A stretch of DNA of 64,000 nt from Alphaproteobacteria bacterium (GTDB lineage Bacteria; Pseudomonadota; Alphaproteobacteria; Rhizobiales; Devosiaceae), in contig JAHJQZ010000068.1 of assembly GCA_018818925.1 (NCBI GenBank), positions 5,458-69,457 on the forward strand, read 5' to 3'. Below the pieces are notes generated by a model that saw only the letters and a list, made by a program, of their open reading frames with translations, did no database searches and had not been told where the DNA came from. A program made the translations under genes and the position numbers. This document shows, in pieces, positions 38,909 to 47,948 of the stretch (the first letter of the stretch is position 1; each line of letters starts with the position of its first letter).

Positions 38909-40111
38909 TCAGGAACGTTCGGCGGCCATGGCCAGCAATTCGGCTTCGGTCAGCGTGAAATCGCTGTCGATCCAGGCAGATTCCAGATGTGACAGCAGCG
39001 TGCCGAGCCTCGGCCCGGCGGCAAAGCCGTGCCGGACCAGCAGCGCCCCCGTGATCGGGAAAGGCGGCGGCTTGTAGAGGGCAAAACGCCCTCGCAGCCC
39101 GGCACAGTCCTCGCGCGTCCACGCGGCGCGGGCTCCGGCAATATCCACGGCGGCGAGGCCGGCAGCGGGCTGGCGATAGGCGGCTTCGGCCAGCTTTCCC
39201 GCCGCGATCAGTCCGGCTGCCTCATGGAGCGCCCGCGCTTGCTTCACCAGTGCATTGCTGAGCCGCCAGCGGCGCTGCAGCTGCGTCTGGCCGTCCGAAC
39301 CGCCAAGGAGCGCCAGCCGCCCGGCCAGCGCCGGAGTAACCGCCACCCGTTCGTAGTGCCGCAAGGCGTCGATCACGCCGGTATCGAGATCGACGAGTCC
39401 GGCTTCGGCCATGGTTCCGAGCGTTTTGGCGCAGTGCCGCAGCCCGAGAATGCGCGTCATTTCGTGACCGATGCGCTCGGCCGAGAGCGGCCCCAGCGCG
39501 CCGGCCGCCGCCGTCGATGCCGAAAGCCCGTCCGCGTCGAACCGCTCGCCGCCATGGCTGGCCGAGAAGCGGAAGAAGCGAAAGACCCGCAGCCTGTCCT
39601 CGGCAATGCGCGCCGCCGCCTCGCCGATGAACCGCACCCGTCCGGCAAGGCAGTCCTCGAGACCGCCGAGCGGATCGAACAGCGCCCCGTCCGGCCCGCA
39701 ATAAAGCGCATTGAGGGTGAAGTCCCGCCGTCGCGCATCCTCGGTCCAGTCGGTGCCGAAGCGCACCAGAGCCCGCCGGCCGTCGGTCTCGACATCGTGC
39801 CTCAGAGTCGTCACCTCGAAACCGGTGCCGGCGACGGTGAGCGTCACGGTGCCAAAGGCGATGCCGGTCGGGATGACGGCAATGCCCTTTGCCTCCGCCC
39901 GCGCCGTGACCTCTTCAGGCACCAGCGTCGTTGCCAGATCGATCTCGATCGCCTCGGCATTCCGTCCAAGCAGCGTGTCGCGCACCGCCCCGCCGACGAC
40001 GCGCGTTCGCCCGCTTGCGGCATCGAGGGCCGTGAACACGGCACGCAACGGCGCCATCCGCAGCCAGGGCGCCGCGCCGAGCCGCTCGCGCGCCATCGCC
40101 TCGGTACTCAT
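38909..40111 (-). CDS. cca: CCA tRNA nucleotidyltransferase (poly(A) polymerase head-domain family)
   Basis: 'VVGGAVRDTLLGR', 'EIDLATT', 'GTVTL', 'EVTTLRHDVETDGR', 'RRDFTLNALY'. Confidence 0.85.
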   Translation of the reverse strand: MSTEAMARERLGAAPWLRMAPLRAVFTALDAASGRTRVVGGAVRDTLLGRNAEAIEIDLATTLVPEEVTARAEAKGIAVIPTGIAFGTVTLTVAGTGFEVTTLRHDVETDGRRALVRFGTDWTEDARRRDFTLNALYCGPDGALFDPLGGLEDCLAGRVRFIGEAAARIAEDRLRVFRFFRFSASHGGERFDADGLSASTAAAGALGPLSAERIGHEMTRILGLRHCAKTLGTMAEAGLVDLDTGVIDALRHYERVAVTPALAGRLALLGGSDGQTQLQRRWRLSNALVKQARALHEAAGLIAAGKLAEAAYRQPAAGLAAVDIAGARAAWTREDCAGLRGRFALYKPPPFPITGALLVRHGFAAGPRLGTLLSHLESAWIDSDFTLTEAELLAMAAERS

Positions 40112-40734
40112 CGCGCCGTCTCCGCCAGCGCCATTTCGAAGAACCGCCGCGTCAGGTTAGCGGTGATCCCCCAGATGGTGTGGCCGTCATAGTCGACCAG
40201 CCAGGTCGAATGGGTCACGCCGTGCCGCTCGATCCGGTAGGTTCCATAGGCCTCCGGGCGGCAAAGCAGCGCGAGCGGCACCTCGAACAGATGCGACACC
40301 TCGATCGGGTTGGGTCGGAAGGGCGCGCGCGGCCGCACCGCCGCGACGACCGGGGTGATGAGATAATTGGACCCGGTGAAATAGGAGGGCAGATAGCCGA
40401 GCACCTCGGCATCGCCGGGATCGAGCGCCACCTCCTCTTCCGCCTCGCGAAGCGCCGCCGCCGCCGGATCGGCATCCGCGGCCTCGATCTTGCCGCCCGG
40501 AAAGGCCACCTGGCCGGAATGCGCCCTGAGGGCCGAGGCGCGCAGGGTGAAAAGAATGTGAAAGCCTTCACTGCGCTCGACCAGTGCGATCAAAACCGCC
40601 GCCAGCACCGGCGGCTGGGCATGGGGCGGATCGGGCAGCCAGTCGGGCTCGAGATCGAGGACATCGTCGATGACCTCGGGCTCCGGCATCAGCCTTTGTC
40701 TGATTACTGCGATCGGGTCCGGCCAGACGGCCAC
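40108..40734 (-). CDS. CoA pyrophosphatase (NUDIX, NudL-like)
   Basis: 'LFTLRASALRAHSGQVAFPGGKIE...REAEEEVAL' combines the CoA-ase upstream motif and a Nudix box. ATGA overlap with cca. Confidence 0.85.
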   Translation of the reverse strand: MAVWPDPIAVIRQRLMPEPEVIDDVLDLEPDWLPDPPHAQPPVLAAVLIALVERSEGFHILFTLRASALRAHSGQVAFPGGKIEAADADPAAAALREAEEEVALDPGDAEVLGYLPSYFTGSNYLITPVVAAVRPRAPFRPNPIEVSHLFEVPLALLCRPEAYGTYRIERHGVTHSTWLVDYDGHTIWGITANLTRRFFEMALAETAR

Positions 40735-40749
40735 GTCAATGCTCCCGGT

Positions 40750-41301
40750 CTATTGGGCTCTGAACGCCGCGATCTCGCCCTCGAGCCGCATCGCCAGTTC
40801 CGGCTCGGGAGAATGGACCAGAATGCGCTTCGGGTCGACGGGTCCGGGAAAGGTGATGGCGCCATGGCTTGTCGGCTGAAAGCCGAGCGGCATGTAATAG
40901 GGCGGATCGCCCACCAGCATGACAAAGCGCCCCTCCCTGCGCGCCAGCGCCCGCCGCGTCACCTCGCGCACCAGCGCCTTGCCGGCGCCGCGATTGCGAT
41001 AGACCGGATCGGTTGCCAATGGTCCGAGCAGGTAGCCGTTGATGCCGCCGACCGAAATCGGCGTCATCATCACCGAGGACACCCTGACCCCGCCGATCTC
41101 GGCAATCAGGCCGAGATGCGCATCGACCGGAAAGCGTTCGCGGACGCGGAAGGCGGCTCGCGCGAACCGTCCCGGCCCGAAAGCCAGCGCCTGCAAAAGG
41201 TCCACCCAGGTTTCGTCGTCGGGCGTCGATTGCCTGATGGTGATGTGGTTGAAAGTGACGGGCGCGACCGCTTCGGCCGCGGCGACGGAAAGTTCGATCA
41301 T
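40750..41301 (-). CDS. GNAT family N-acetyltransferase
   Basis: 'LLGPLATDPVYRNRGAGKALV' is the acetyl-CoA binding motif A. Confidence 0.8.
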   Translation of the reverse strand: MIELSVAAAEAVAPVTFNHITIRQSTPDDETWVDLLQALAFGPGRFARAAFRVRERFPVDAHLGLIAEIGGVRVSSVMMTPISVGGINGYLLGPLATDPVYRNRGAGKALVREVTRRALARREGRFVMLVGDPPYYMPLGFQPTSHGAITFPGPVDPKRILVHSPEPELAMRLEGEIAAFRAQ

Positions 41302-41672
41302 GAGGCGTGTCCAGGAAAGGGCGAAATGGGCGAGTTCGGTCGGCTGCCGCGCGCTCGAACCGGAAAAACACGTTTCCCCGTTCCGAACGCATCGTCAGAG
41401 TCATCGGACTCGTCGATATTCCCTTGCCACCCTGGTCATGCCGGGAACCTCCACCCAAAGCGGCGTTGCTCTTACCAGAAGCGGGACGACAGGTAAATCG
41501 GCGTTTGGCCAACCGGGCAAAATAAGCGTTTGCGCCGGCCGACTGGGTTCCGTCCGGGGTATGCGCCTCGCCGCCATTGCTCACCTGCGTTGAACACTCT
41601 GTTTCCCCGTGCGTTCTTGGATGTGGCCGCCGAACGACTAGATCAATGTCGTCAAACGAGAAGGACTGACAC

Positions 41673-42635
41673 ATGGGATTCCTGGTCAATGGCGAATGGT
41701 CGACCGACGGCACCGTCTTTGCCTCCGCCGGCGGCGCGTTCGAGCGCAAGCAATCCAGTTTCCGCAACTGGGTGACGCCGGACGGCACCCCCGGTCCGAC
41801 AGGCACGGGCGGTTTTGCGGCGGAAGCCGGGCGCTATCACCTCTATGTCGCCATGGCCTGCCCCTGGGCCCATCGCACCCTGATCTTTCGCGCCCTCAAG
41901 GAGCTTGAAACCCTGATCCCGGTCTCGGTGGTCGATCCGAAAATGCCCGACGAACACGGCTGGATGTTTACCGGCGAAAACGGCTCGACAAACGATGCGG
42001 TCAACGGCGCAAGGACCATGTGGCAGGTCTATCTCACCGCCGACCCGCGCTTTTCCGGCCGGGCCACCGTGCCGGTGCTGTGGGACAAAAAGACTGGCAC
42101 GATCGTCTCGAACGAAAGTGCCGATATCATTCGCATGTTCAATTCCGCCTTCGACGGGCTGACCGGCAACGCCGTCGACTTCTACCCCGCCCCGCTCAGA
42201 AACGAGATCGACGCGGTCAACGCCCGCGTCTACGACAGCGTCAACAACGGCGTCTACAAGACCGGCTTCGCCACCAGGCAAGCCGCCTATGATGAGGCGG
42301 TCACCGCTCTGTTCGATACGCTCGACTGGCTCGAAGCCCGCCTCGACCGCCACGACTATCTCGTCGGCGACACATTGACCGAGGCCGACTGGCGCCTGTT
42401 CACCACGCTCGTGCGCTTCGACGCCGTCTATCACGGCCATTTCAAATGCAGCCGGAGGCGCATCGCCGACTACAAGAACCTGTCGCGCCTGTTGAAGCGC
42501 CTCTACCGTCATCCCGGCGTGGCCGAAACCGTCGATCTCGACGCCATCCGCACCCATTACTACTGGAGCCACGCCAGCATCAACCCGCACCGCATCGTGC
42601 CGATCATGCCGGATCTGCCGTTCCTGCGCGGTTAA
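41673..42635 (+). CDS. yqjG: Glutathionyl-hydroquinone reductase (Xi-class GST, YqjG/ECM4)
   Basis: 'RYHLYVAMACPWAHRTLI' (CPWAHR active site), 'TVPVLWDKKTGTIVSNESADI', 'VNNGVYKTGFA', 'RLFTTLVRFDAVYHGHFKC'. Confidence 0.9.
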   Translation: MGFLVNGEWSTDGTVFASAGGAFERKQSSFRNWVTPDGTPGPTGTGGFAAEAGRYHLYVAMACPWAHRTLIFRALKELETLIPVSVVDPKMPDEHGWMFTGENGSTNDAVNGARTMWQVYLTADPRFSGRATVPVLWDKKTGTIVSNESADIIRMFNSAFDGLTGNAVDFYPAPLRNEIDAVNARVYDSVNNGVYKTGFATRQAAYDEAVTALFDTLDWLEARLDRHDYLVGDTLTEADWRLFTTLVRFDAVYHGHFKCSRRRIADYKNLSRLLKRLYRHPGVAETVDLDAIRTHYYWSHASINPHRIVPIMPDLPFLRG

Positions 42636-42664
42636 CAGGCGATAGGAGGCAGGCTTTGCCGCTT

Positions 42665-42768
42665 CGTCATTGCGAGCGCCTGCAAGGCGCGCGGCAATCC
42701 AGTCGACTACGAGCACCGACGCCTGCGGCCTTCTGGATTGCTTCGTCGCTCCGCTCCTCGCAATGACG
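42665..42768. repeat. Long nested palindromic intergenic element (cgtcattgcgag ... gcaatccag // ctggattgc ... ctcgcaatgacg)
   Basis: Outer arms 42665-42676 / 42757-42768 (12 bp). Inner arms 42694-42702 / 42733-42741 (9 bp). Confidence 0.7.
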
Positions 42769-42799
42769 CAGAGTGTGTCAGTAAGGGTTGCAGTGTCCT

Positions 42800-43465
42800 C
42801 TACTCTTCACCTTCGCCAACCTCATTCGCTTCGGCCGGCGCCACCAATTCGGCGATCTCGCCGATCGTTTCGAAGAAATGGTCCGGTGCTCCGGCCTTGA
42901 GGATCGATGGCGTCGCATAGCCCCAGCTCACCGAGCCGGCGGCGATGCCGGCTTCGCGCGCCGCGCTGATGTCGCGTTCCTCGTCGCCGATGGCGATGGT
43001 GCGGGCCGGGTCGGCCTTCAATGCCCTGAGGGCGCGGCGGAATTTGGTGGCCTTGCCGAACACGCTGGCGCCGCAGCCGAAATAGGTGAAGCGGGCGCTG
43101 TTCTCGTCGCCGAGTATGCGCTTGACATTGGCCTTGGTGTTCGAGCTGACCATGGCGATGGTGACGCCGCGCTCCGACAGGTTTCTGAGCAGTGCATCCA
43201 CGCCGTCGAACAGCAGGATCTGGTCGGCTTGCTTGGCTACAAGCCGGTGCACATAGCGCGAGATGCGCGGGATTTTCCATATCGGCACGCCGACGGCGCG
43301 CAGGATGGTCAGGCTGTCCTCGCCGCGCAGCCGCTCGTACTCGTCCTCGTCCACCTTGCTGAAGGAGAAACGCTCGGCCAGCGTGTTGACCACGCCCTTG
43401 AACCAGGGGGCGCTGTCGGCCAGCGTGCCGTCGAAATCGAGAATGACCCAGTCGTAGCGGTTCAA
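42800..43465 (-). CDS. HAD-superfamily hydrolase (phosphoglycolate-phosphatase-like)
   Basis: Motif I 'ILDFDGTLADS', motif II 'VSSN', motif III/IV 'KATKF...IGDEERDI'. Confidence 0.85.
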   Translation of the reverse strand: MNRYDWVILDFDGTLADSAPWFKGVVNTLAERFSFSKVDEDEYERLRGEDSLTILRAVGVPIWKIPRISRYVHRLVAKQADQILLFDGVDALLRNLSERGVTIAMVSSNTKANVKRILGDENSARFTYFGCGASVFGKATKFRRALRALKADPARTIAIGDEERDISAAREAGIAAGSVSWGYATPSILKAGAPDHFFETIGEIAELVAPAEANEVGEGEE

Positions 43466-43504
43466 TGCCTGGCCCTTTTCGCCCTCGGAGCGCTTTCAGG
43501 AAAA

Positions 43505-43577
43505 GTGGGCAGCACTTTTCCGGTTCGAAAACGCGACAATTCGACAATCCGGAGCTTCCGTTCCGATTCCATCTAGG
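43505..43577 (+). repeat. Dispersed intergenic repeat, copy B
   Basis: Shares gtgg..., ttttccggttcgaaaacgcgac and gattccatc with copies A and C. Confidence 0.6.
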
Positions 43578-43585
43578 CGGAAGCC

Positions 43586-44059
43586 CTAGTCGCGCCAGGT
43601 GCGGCCGCGCGGCCGCTCGCCGAACATTTCCTCGATTCGCGCCCGCGTCGCCTTGCTGGTCTCGGCCGGCAGGGCGTGGCGATCGAACCATTCGCAGGCG
43701 ACGATTTCGTGATTGGGCCTGAAGGTTTCGACCTGCTCGAAGCCGTAGCAGACAAAGAACACCACATGATCGCGCTGCGGCGGCAGCGAATTGAGATAGG
43801 TCTGGAAAATCTGCACCTGCCCGGTCACGCGATGGCCGGTTTCCTCCATGACTTCGCGGCGCATGCCTTCCTCGATGGTTTCGCCGAAATCGACGCCGCC
43901 ACCCGGGAAATGCCAGCCGGGGATATAGGAGTGCTTGATCAAAAGCACCCTGTCGCCATCGACGAGCGCGGCGCGCACGCCGACGGTCATGCGCTTCCAA
44001 AATCCCATGACGAACAGGAAGAAACTGGCCCGCCATAAAAGCCAGCGGCTTATTTCCAT
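43586..44059 (-). CDS. NUDIX hydrolase
   Basis: Nudix box 'GGGVDFGETIEEGMRREVMEETG'. Start at 'MEISRW' (44059), or at M24 'MTVGVRAAL' (43990). Confidence 0.8.
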   Translation of the reverse strand: MEISRWLLWRASFFLFVMGFWKRMTVGVRAALVDGDRVLLIKHSYIPGWHFPGGGVDFGETIEEGMRREVMEETGHRVTGQVQIFQTYLNSLPPQRDHVVFFVCYGFEQVETFRPNHEIVACEWFDRHALPAETSKATRARIEEMFGERPRGRTWRD

Positions 44060-44161
44060 GAAAAAGACTCCGTTTGCCGGCACTTCGGATAACAGATCGG
44101 GCAACGCCTGGGAACAAATGTCCGACTTGTCACCTGAACCCGATCGGCGCAAACCACTTTT

Positions 44162-45052
44162 ATGATCCGCCTCGCGCATCTTTCCGACATACATCTCGGC
44201 CCCTTGCCGCCGGTCCGCCCGGGGGAGATGATGAACAAGCGCGTCACCGGCTTTCTCAACTGGCAGCTGTCGCGCCGGCGCTCGCTCAGGCGCGATACGC
44301 TGGGCGGACTTGTCGCACACCTGAAATCCATGAACCCCAGTCTCATCGCCGTCAGCGGCGATCTCGTCAACCTTGGAGTCAGGGCCGAATTCGACATGAC
44401 CGCGGCCTGGCTGGCAACGCTCGGCCCGCCGGCGCAGGTGGCCGTCATTCCCGGCAATCACGACGCCTATGTGCGCGGCGCCCTCGACATGGCGACGAGA
44501 GCCTGGGGCGACTACATGCGCGGCCAGGCCATCGGTTCCGGCCCGTTTCCCTATTTCCGGCGCTTCGGCGATCTCGCGCTCGTCGGCTGCAACTCAGCCG
44601 TGCCGCGACCGTTCTTCGTCGCCTCGGGCCGCTTCGACATCGAACAGGCCAAGCAGCTCACCTCGCTTCTGAAAATACTCGGCGAACGCGGCCTGTTCCG
44701 GGCGGTGATGATCCACCACCCGCCCGAACAGGCGCATGCGCGCGATCCGCGCCGCGGGCTTTCGGGTGCCGAGCTGTTCCGCCACGCCATCGCCGAGGCC
44801 GGTGCCGAACTCGTCCTGCATGGCCATCTGCACAAATCGACCATCGGCACCCTGACCGGTCCGAAAGGCGACGTGCCGGTGCTCGGCGTCGCTTCCGCCT
44901 CGGCCGAAGCGACGCGCGGCGAGGAACCGGCGCGCTACAACCTCATCGAGATCGAGCGGGCCGGAGCCGGCTTTTCCTGTTCCCTCACCGAATACGGCTA
45001 CCAGCGCGTCGGCGACGGCATCGTCAAGCGCCTGCACATGCGTCTGAGCTGA
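44162..45052 (+). CDS. Metallophosphoesterase (calcineurin-like)
   Basis: 'HLSDIHLG', 'SGDLVN', 'IPGNHD', 'MIHHPP', 'LHGHLH' are canonical metallophosphoesterase motifs. Confidence 0.85.
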   Translation: MIRLAHLSDIHLGPLPPVRPGEMMNKRVTGFLNWQLSRRRSLRRDTLGGLVAHLKSMNPSLIAVSGDLVNLGVRAEFDMTAAWLATLGPPAQVAVIPGNHDAYVRGALDMATRAWGDYMRGQAIGSGPFPYFRRFGDLALVGCNSAVPRPFFVASGRFDIEQAKQLTSLLKILGERGLFRAVMIHHPPEQAHARDPRRGLSGAELFRHAIAEAGAELVLHGHLHKSTIGTLTGPKGDVPVLGVASASAEATRGEEPARYNLIEIERAGAGFSCSLTEYGYQRVGDGIVKRLHMRLS

Positions 45053-45250
45053 AGCATCGCGAAACCGGCCAAAAAAGCCATCAGGGCCGTCATTGCGGGC
45101 GAAGGAAGCAGGCGCGGCACCTGAAAGCGAACGAATTTGCGCTCGCGACGCAGATGCGCCAATCTGCGCCTCGGCGCTCGCCACGCTCCTTCTGGAGCGA
45201 TTGCGATAACCATGGCATAATTCTGTAAAAATCGTGATTTGCTGGTGTAA

Positions 45251-46627
45251 ATGCAGTCCTCTTCCCAACCGCCGCTTCTGCCGGAACATGCGCCCGATTC
45301 CGGATTGACCTTCGAAGTCGCGCCGCCGCGCTTCGACGCCGGCGCCGGCGTGGCGCGCTTCGAATACCGGCTCGGCATGCTGGCTTTCGAGGAGGTGCTG
45401 CGCTTTCCGGCCGGATTCGACACGGCGCGCGCCACCCAGCCCGCCTTTGCCCGCCTGCTCGAATTGACCGCCTTCATTCTCGGCACCAGCTATTTCAAGC
45501 TGCTCGCTCCGTTCACCATAGCCGCCCCTGCGCTCAGCCTGACCGCCGCCGAGGAAGCGCTGGTGCTCGATATCTACGAAAACGGGCTCGGCGAGTTCTA
45601 CGCCCGCAACAACCTGCACCGCTTCGGCGACCTGACCATCAGGACCGGCCGACGCGAACTGGTTATCACCCAGAAATGCGAACTCGAGAATCGCGCCTTG
45701 CTGCTGGTCGGCGGCGGCAAGGATTCGCTGGTTTCGGTGCAGCTGTTCGAACGCGCCGGACGCGCCTACACGCCCTTTGCCGTCAATCCCAAGGGGCCGA
45801 TCGTCACCTCGGTCGAAGCCATTCACCAGCAGCCGCTGTTCGTCTCGCGCGTGCTCGACGAGGAAATGATCCATCTCGGCGGCGAACCGGGCTATTACAA
45901 CGGCCATGTGCCGTCCACGGCGATGAATTCGATGATCGCGGCCCTTTCGGCCATCCTGTTCGACTACGACACCATCGTTTTGAGCAACGAGCGCTCGGCC
46001 AGCGAGGGCAACGTCATTTTCGATGGTCGCGAGATCAATCACCAGCACTCCAAGTCCTACGGCTTCGAAAAGGCGATTTCGGCGGTTTTTGCCGAGGCGA
46101 CCGGCGGCGGCCTGCGCTATTTTTCGGTTCTGCGCCCGTTCTCGGAGGCGCGCATTGCCCAGCTCTTTGCCCGCGAGACCCGGTTCGACCATTCCTTTTC
46201 GAGCTGCAACCGCAATTTCCGCCTCGCCGGACACAAGGGCGACCTGTGGTGCGGCGCCTGCCCGAAATGCCTGTTCACCTATCTCATCCTCGCCCCGCAC
46301 ATGGGCAAGCAAAGGCTCGCCTCGGTCTTTCCACGCGATCTGCTCGACAATCTCGACAACGAGAACGGCTATCGCGAGCTGACCGGGCTTGCCGGCCAGA
46401 AGCCCTGGGAATGCGTCGGCGAAATCCGCGAGGCAGCGGCGGTGCTCGACCAGCTGCGATCGATGTCCGAATGGCGCGACACAGCCGTCGTCAAAAAGCT
46501 CGGCCCCGACCTCGATGTCCAATATGGTCCGGGTGGTCTCAAACCCGACTGGGACGCCCTGTTCACCGACAGCAAGGACCACCTCGTCCCGCCCGACCTC
46601 GGCGAAATCCTGTTCGCCGATGCGTGA
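45251..46627 (+). CDS. murL: PP-loop (adenine-nucleotide alpha-hydrolase-like) protein, probable UDP-MurNAc-L-Ala-L-Glu epimerase MurL
   Basis: PP-loop 'LLVGGGKDS', 'SSCNRNF', Cys pair 'WCGACPKCLF'. Stop overlaps the start of a MurD2-type ligase (ATGCGTGA). The MurL call rests on context plus recollection of the family. Confidence 0.6.
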   Translation: MQSSSQPPLLPEHAPDSGLTFEVAPPRFDAGAGVARFEYRLGMLAFEEVLRFPAGFDTARATQPAFARLLELTAFILGTSYFKLLAPFTIAAPALSLTAAEEALVLDIYENGLGEFYARNNLHRFGDLTIRTGRRELVITQKCELENRALLLVGGGKDSLVSVQLFERAGRAYTPFAVNPKGPIVTSVEAIHQQPLFVSRVLDEEMIHLGGEPGYYNGHVPSTAMNSMIAALSAILFDYDTIVLSNERSASEGNVIFDGREINHQHSKSYGFEKAISAVFAEATGGGLRYFSVLRPFSEARIAQLFARETRFDHSFSSCNRNFRLAGHKGDLWCGACPKCLFTYLILAPHMGKQRLASVFPRDLLDNLDNENGYRELTGLAGQKPWECVGEIREAAAVLDQLRSMSEWRDTAVVKKLGPDLDVQYGPGGLKPDWDALFTDSKDHLVPPDLGEILFADA

Positions 46628-47909
46628 CGGCCGCCCGGTCCTCCTCTACGGAGCGGGCGCCGAGGCGCGCTCGACGCGCGCCTATCTGGCCGAGGCCAGT
46701 CCGGAGACAAAAGTCTACGTGACCGCCGACAGCGGCGGCTCGGACATCACCGATGCCGAATGGTTGCCGCCAGCCGAGCTCGGCGCCGCCATCGCCGCCG
46801 GGCGCTTCGACACCTTGATCAAGAGCCCGGGCGTGTCACTTTACAAGCCGGTCATGGCCGAGATGCGTGCGGCCGGCATCGTCATCACGTCGAACCTCAA
46901 TCTGTGGGGGGCGCGTTACGGCGCCGGCACCAGGGTGATCGCCATCACCGGCACCAAGGGCAAGTCGACCACCGCCACGCTCTGCCACGACATGCTGACC
47001 GCGTCCGGCGTCGCATCCGGTCTCGGCGGCAATGTCGGCGTGCCGCCACTCGATCTTGGCGACCGCAACGACCTCGTGGTGCTGGAGCTGTCGAGCTACC
47101 AGACCGCCGACATGGATTTCGCTCCGGACATTGCCGCCGTCACCACGCTCTATTCCGAGCATGTCGACTGGCACCAAAGCCGCGAACGCTACTTCGCCGA
47201 CAAGCTTCGGCTCCTCGACCTCGAACCGAAGCCAAGGCTCGCCTTCGGCCCGCAGGCGGCAACCCACGCGCTCGTCGCAACCCATCTCGACGACCCGGCC
47301 CGCCTGTTGCCCGCCATCGACGACGGACTCGCCGACGCCATCGCCGAACTGGCGCCGCACACGCGGCTGCGCGGCCAGCACAACATCGACAACGCCGTGC
47401 TGGCGGCCGTGGTGGCGACAGCCTGCGGCGCCAGCCGCGACGGCATCCTCGCTGCCATCGACAGCTTCAAGCCTTTGCCGCACCGCCTCGCCGACATCCG
47501 CATCGGCGATCATCTGTTCATCGACGATTCCATCTCGACGACGCCGGAAGCGACCGAGGCGGCCCTCGCGGCCTTTGCCGGCCGCAGCATCGCCTTGATC
47601 GCCGGCGGCTACGACCGCCAGCAGGACTATGCCCATCTGGCCGAGCGCATCGGCACGGAAGGCGCGGCGCTTGTCGTCTGTCTGCCCGATACCGGCGCGC
47701 GCCTTGCCGCCGAGTTGCGTCGGCGCGCCTCCGACATCCCTCTCGTCGAAGCACCCGATCTCGACGCCGCCATGCGGGCCATCGCATTGCGCCGGACCCG
47801 GTTCGACACAATCATCCTGTCGCCGGGCGCCCCGAGCTACAACCAATTCAGGAATTTTTCCGAACGCGGCGACGCCTTCGTCACCCTCGCCCGAAGGCTG
47901 TTCGGCTGA
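46620..47909 (+). CDS. murD2: Mur ligase family protein, MurD-like (probable UDP-MurNAc-L-Ala--L-Glu ligase MurD2)
   Basis: Mur ligase P-loop 'ITGTKGKSTT', 'LELSSYQ', 'HNIDNAVLA', 'PHRL', 'IDDSISTTPEA'. The N-terminus 'VLLYGAGAEARSTRAYL' is atypical and resembles MurD2 rather than a canonical MurD Rossmann motif. Confidence 0.7.
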   Translation: MRDGRPVLLYGAGAEARSTRAYLAEASPETKVYVTADSGGSDITDAEWLPPAELGAAIAAGRFDTLIKSPGVSLYKPVMAEMRAAGIVITSNLNLWGARYGAGTRVIAITGTKGKSTTATLCHDMLTASGVASGLGGNVGVPPLDLGDRNDLVVLELSSYQTADMDFAPDIAAVTTLYSEHVDWHQSRERYFADKLRLLDLEPKPRLAFGPQAATHALVATHLDDPARLLPAIDDGLADAIAELAPHTRLRGQHNIDNAVLAAVVATACGASRDGILAAIDSFKPLPHRLADIRIGDHLFIDDSISTTPEATEAALAAFAGRSIALIAGGYDRQQDYAHLAERIGTEGAALVVCLPDTGARLAAELRRRASDIPLVEAPDLDAAMRAIALRRTRFDTIILSPGAPSYNQFRNFSERGDAFVTLARRLFG

Positions 47910-47948
47910 CGCCTCGCCCGCGCCGCTCTCGACGCCGCGGGGCAATCG

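Noticed and set aside
44594-46582. 662-aa minus-strand ORF
   Set aside because: It is antisense to the metallophosphoesterase and murL genes. It shows the typical high-GC shadow composition (Gly/Arg/Ala/Glu runs such as 'GGLGGARRVESGRKAQ') and has no motif or family resemblance, whereas the plus-strand genes carry clear motifs.
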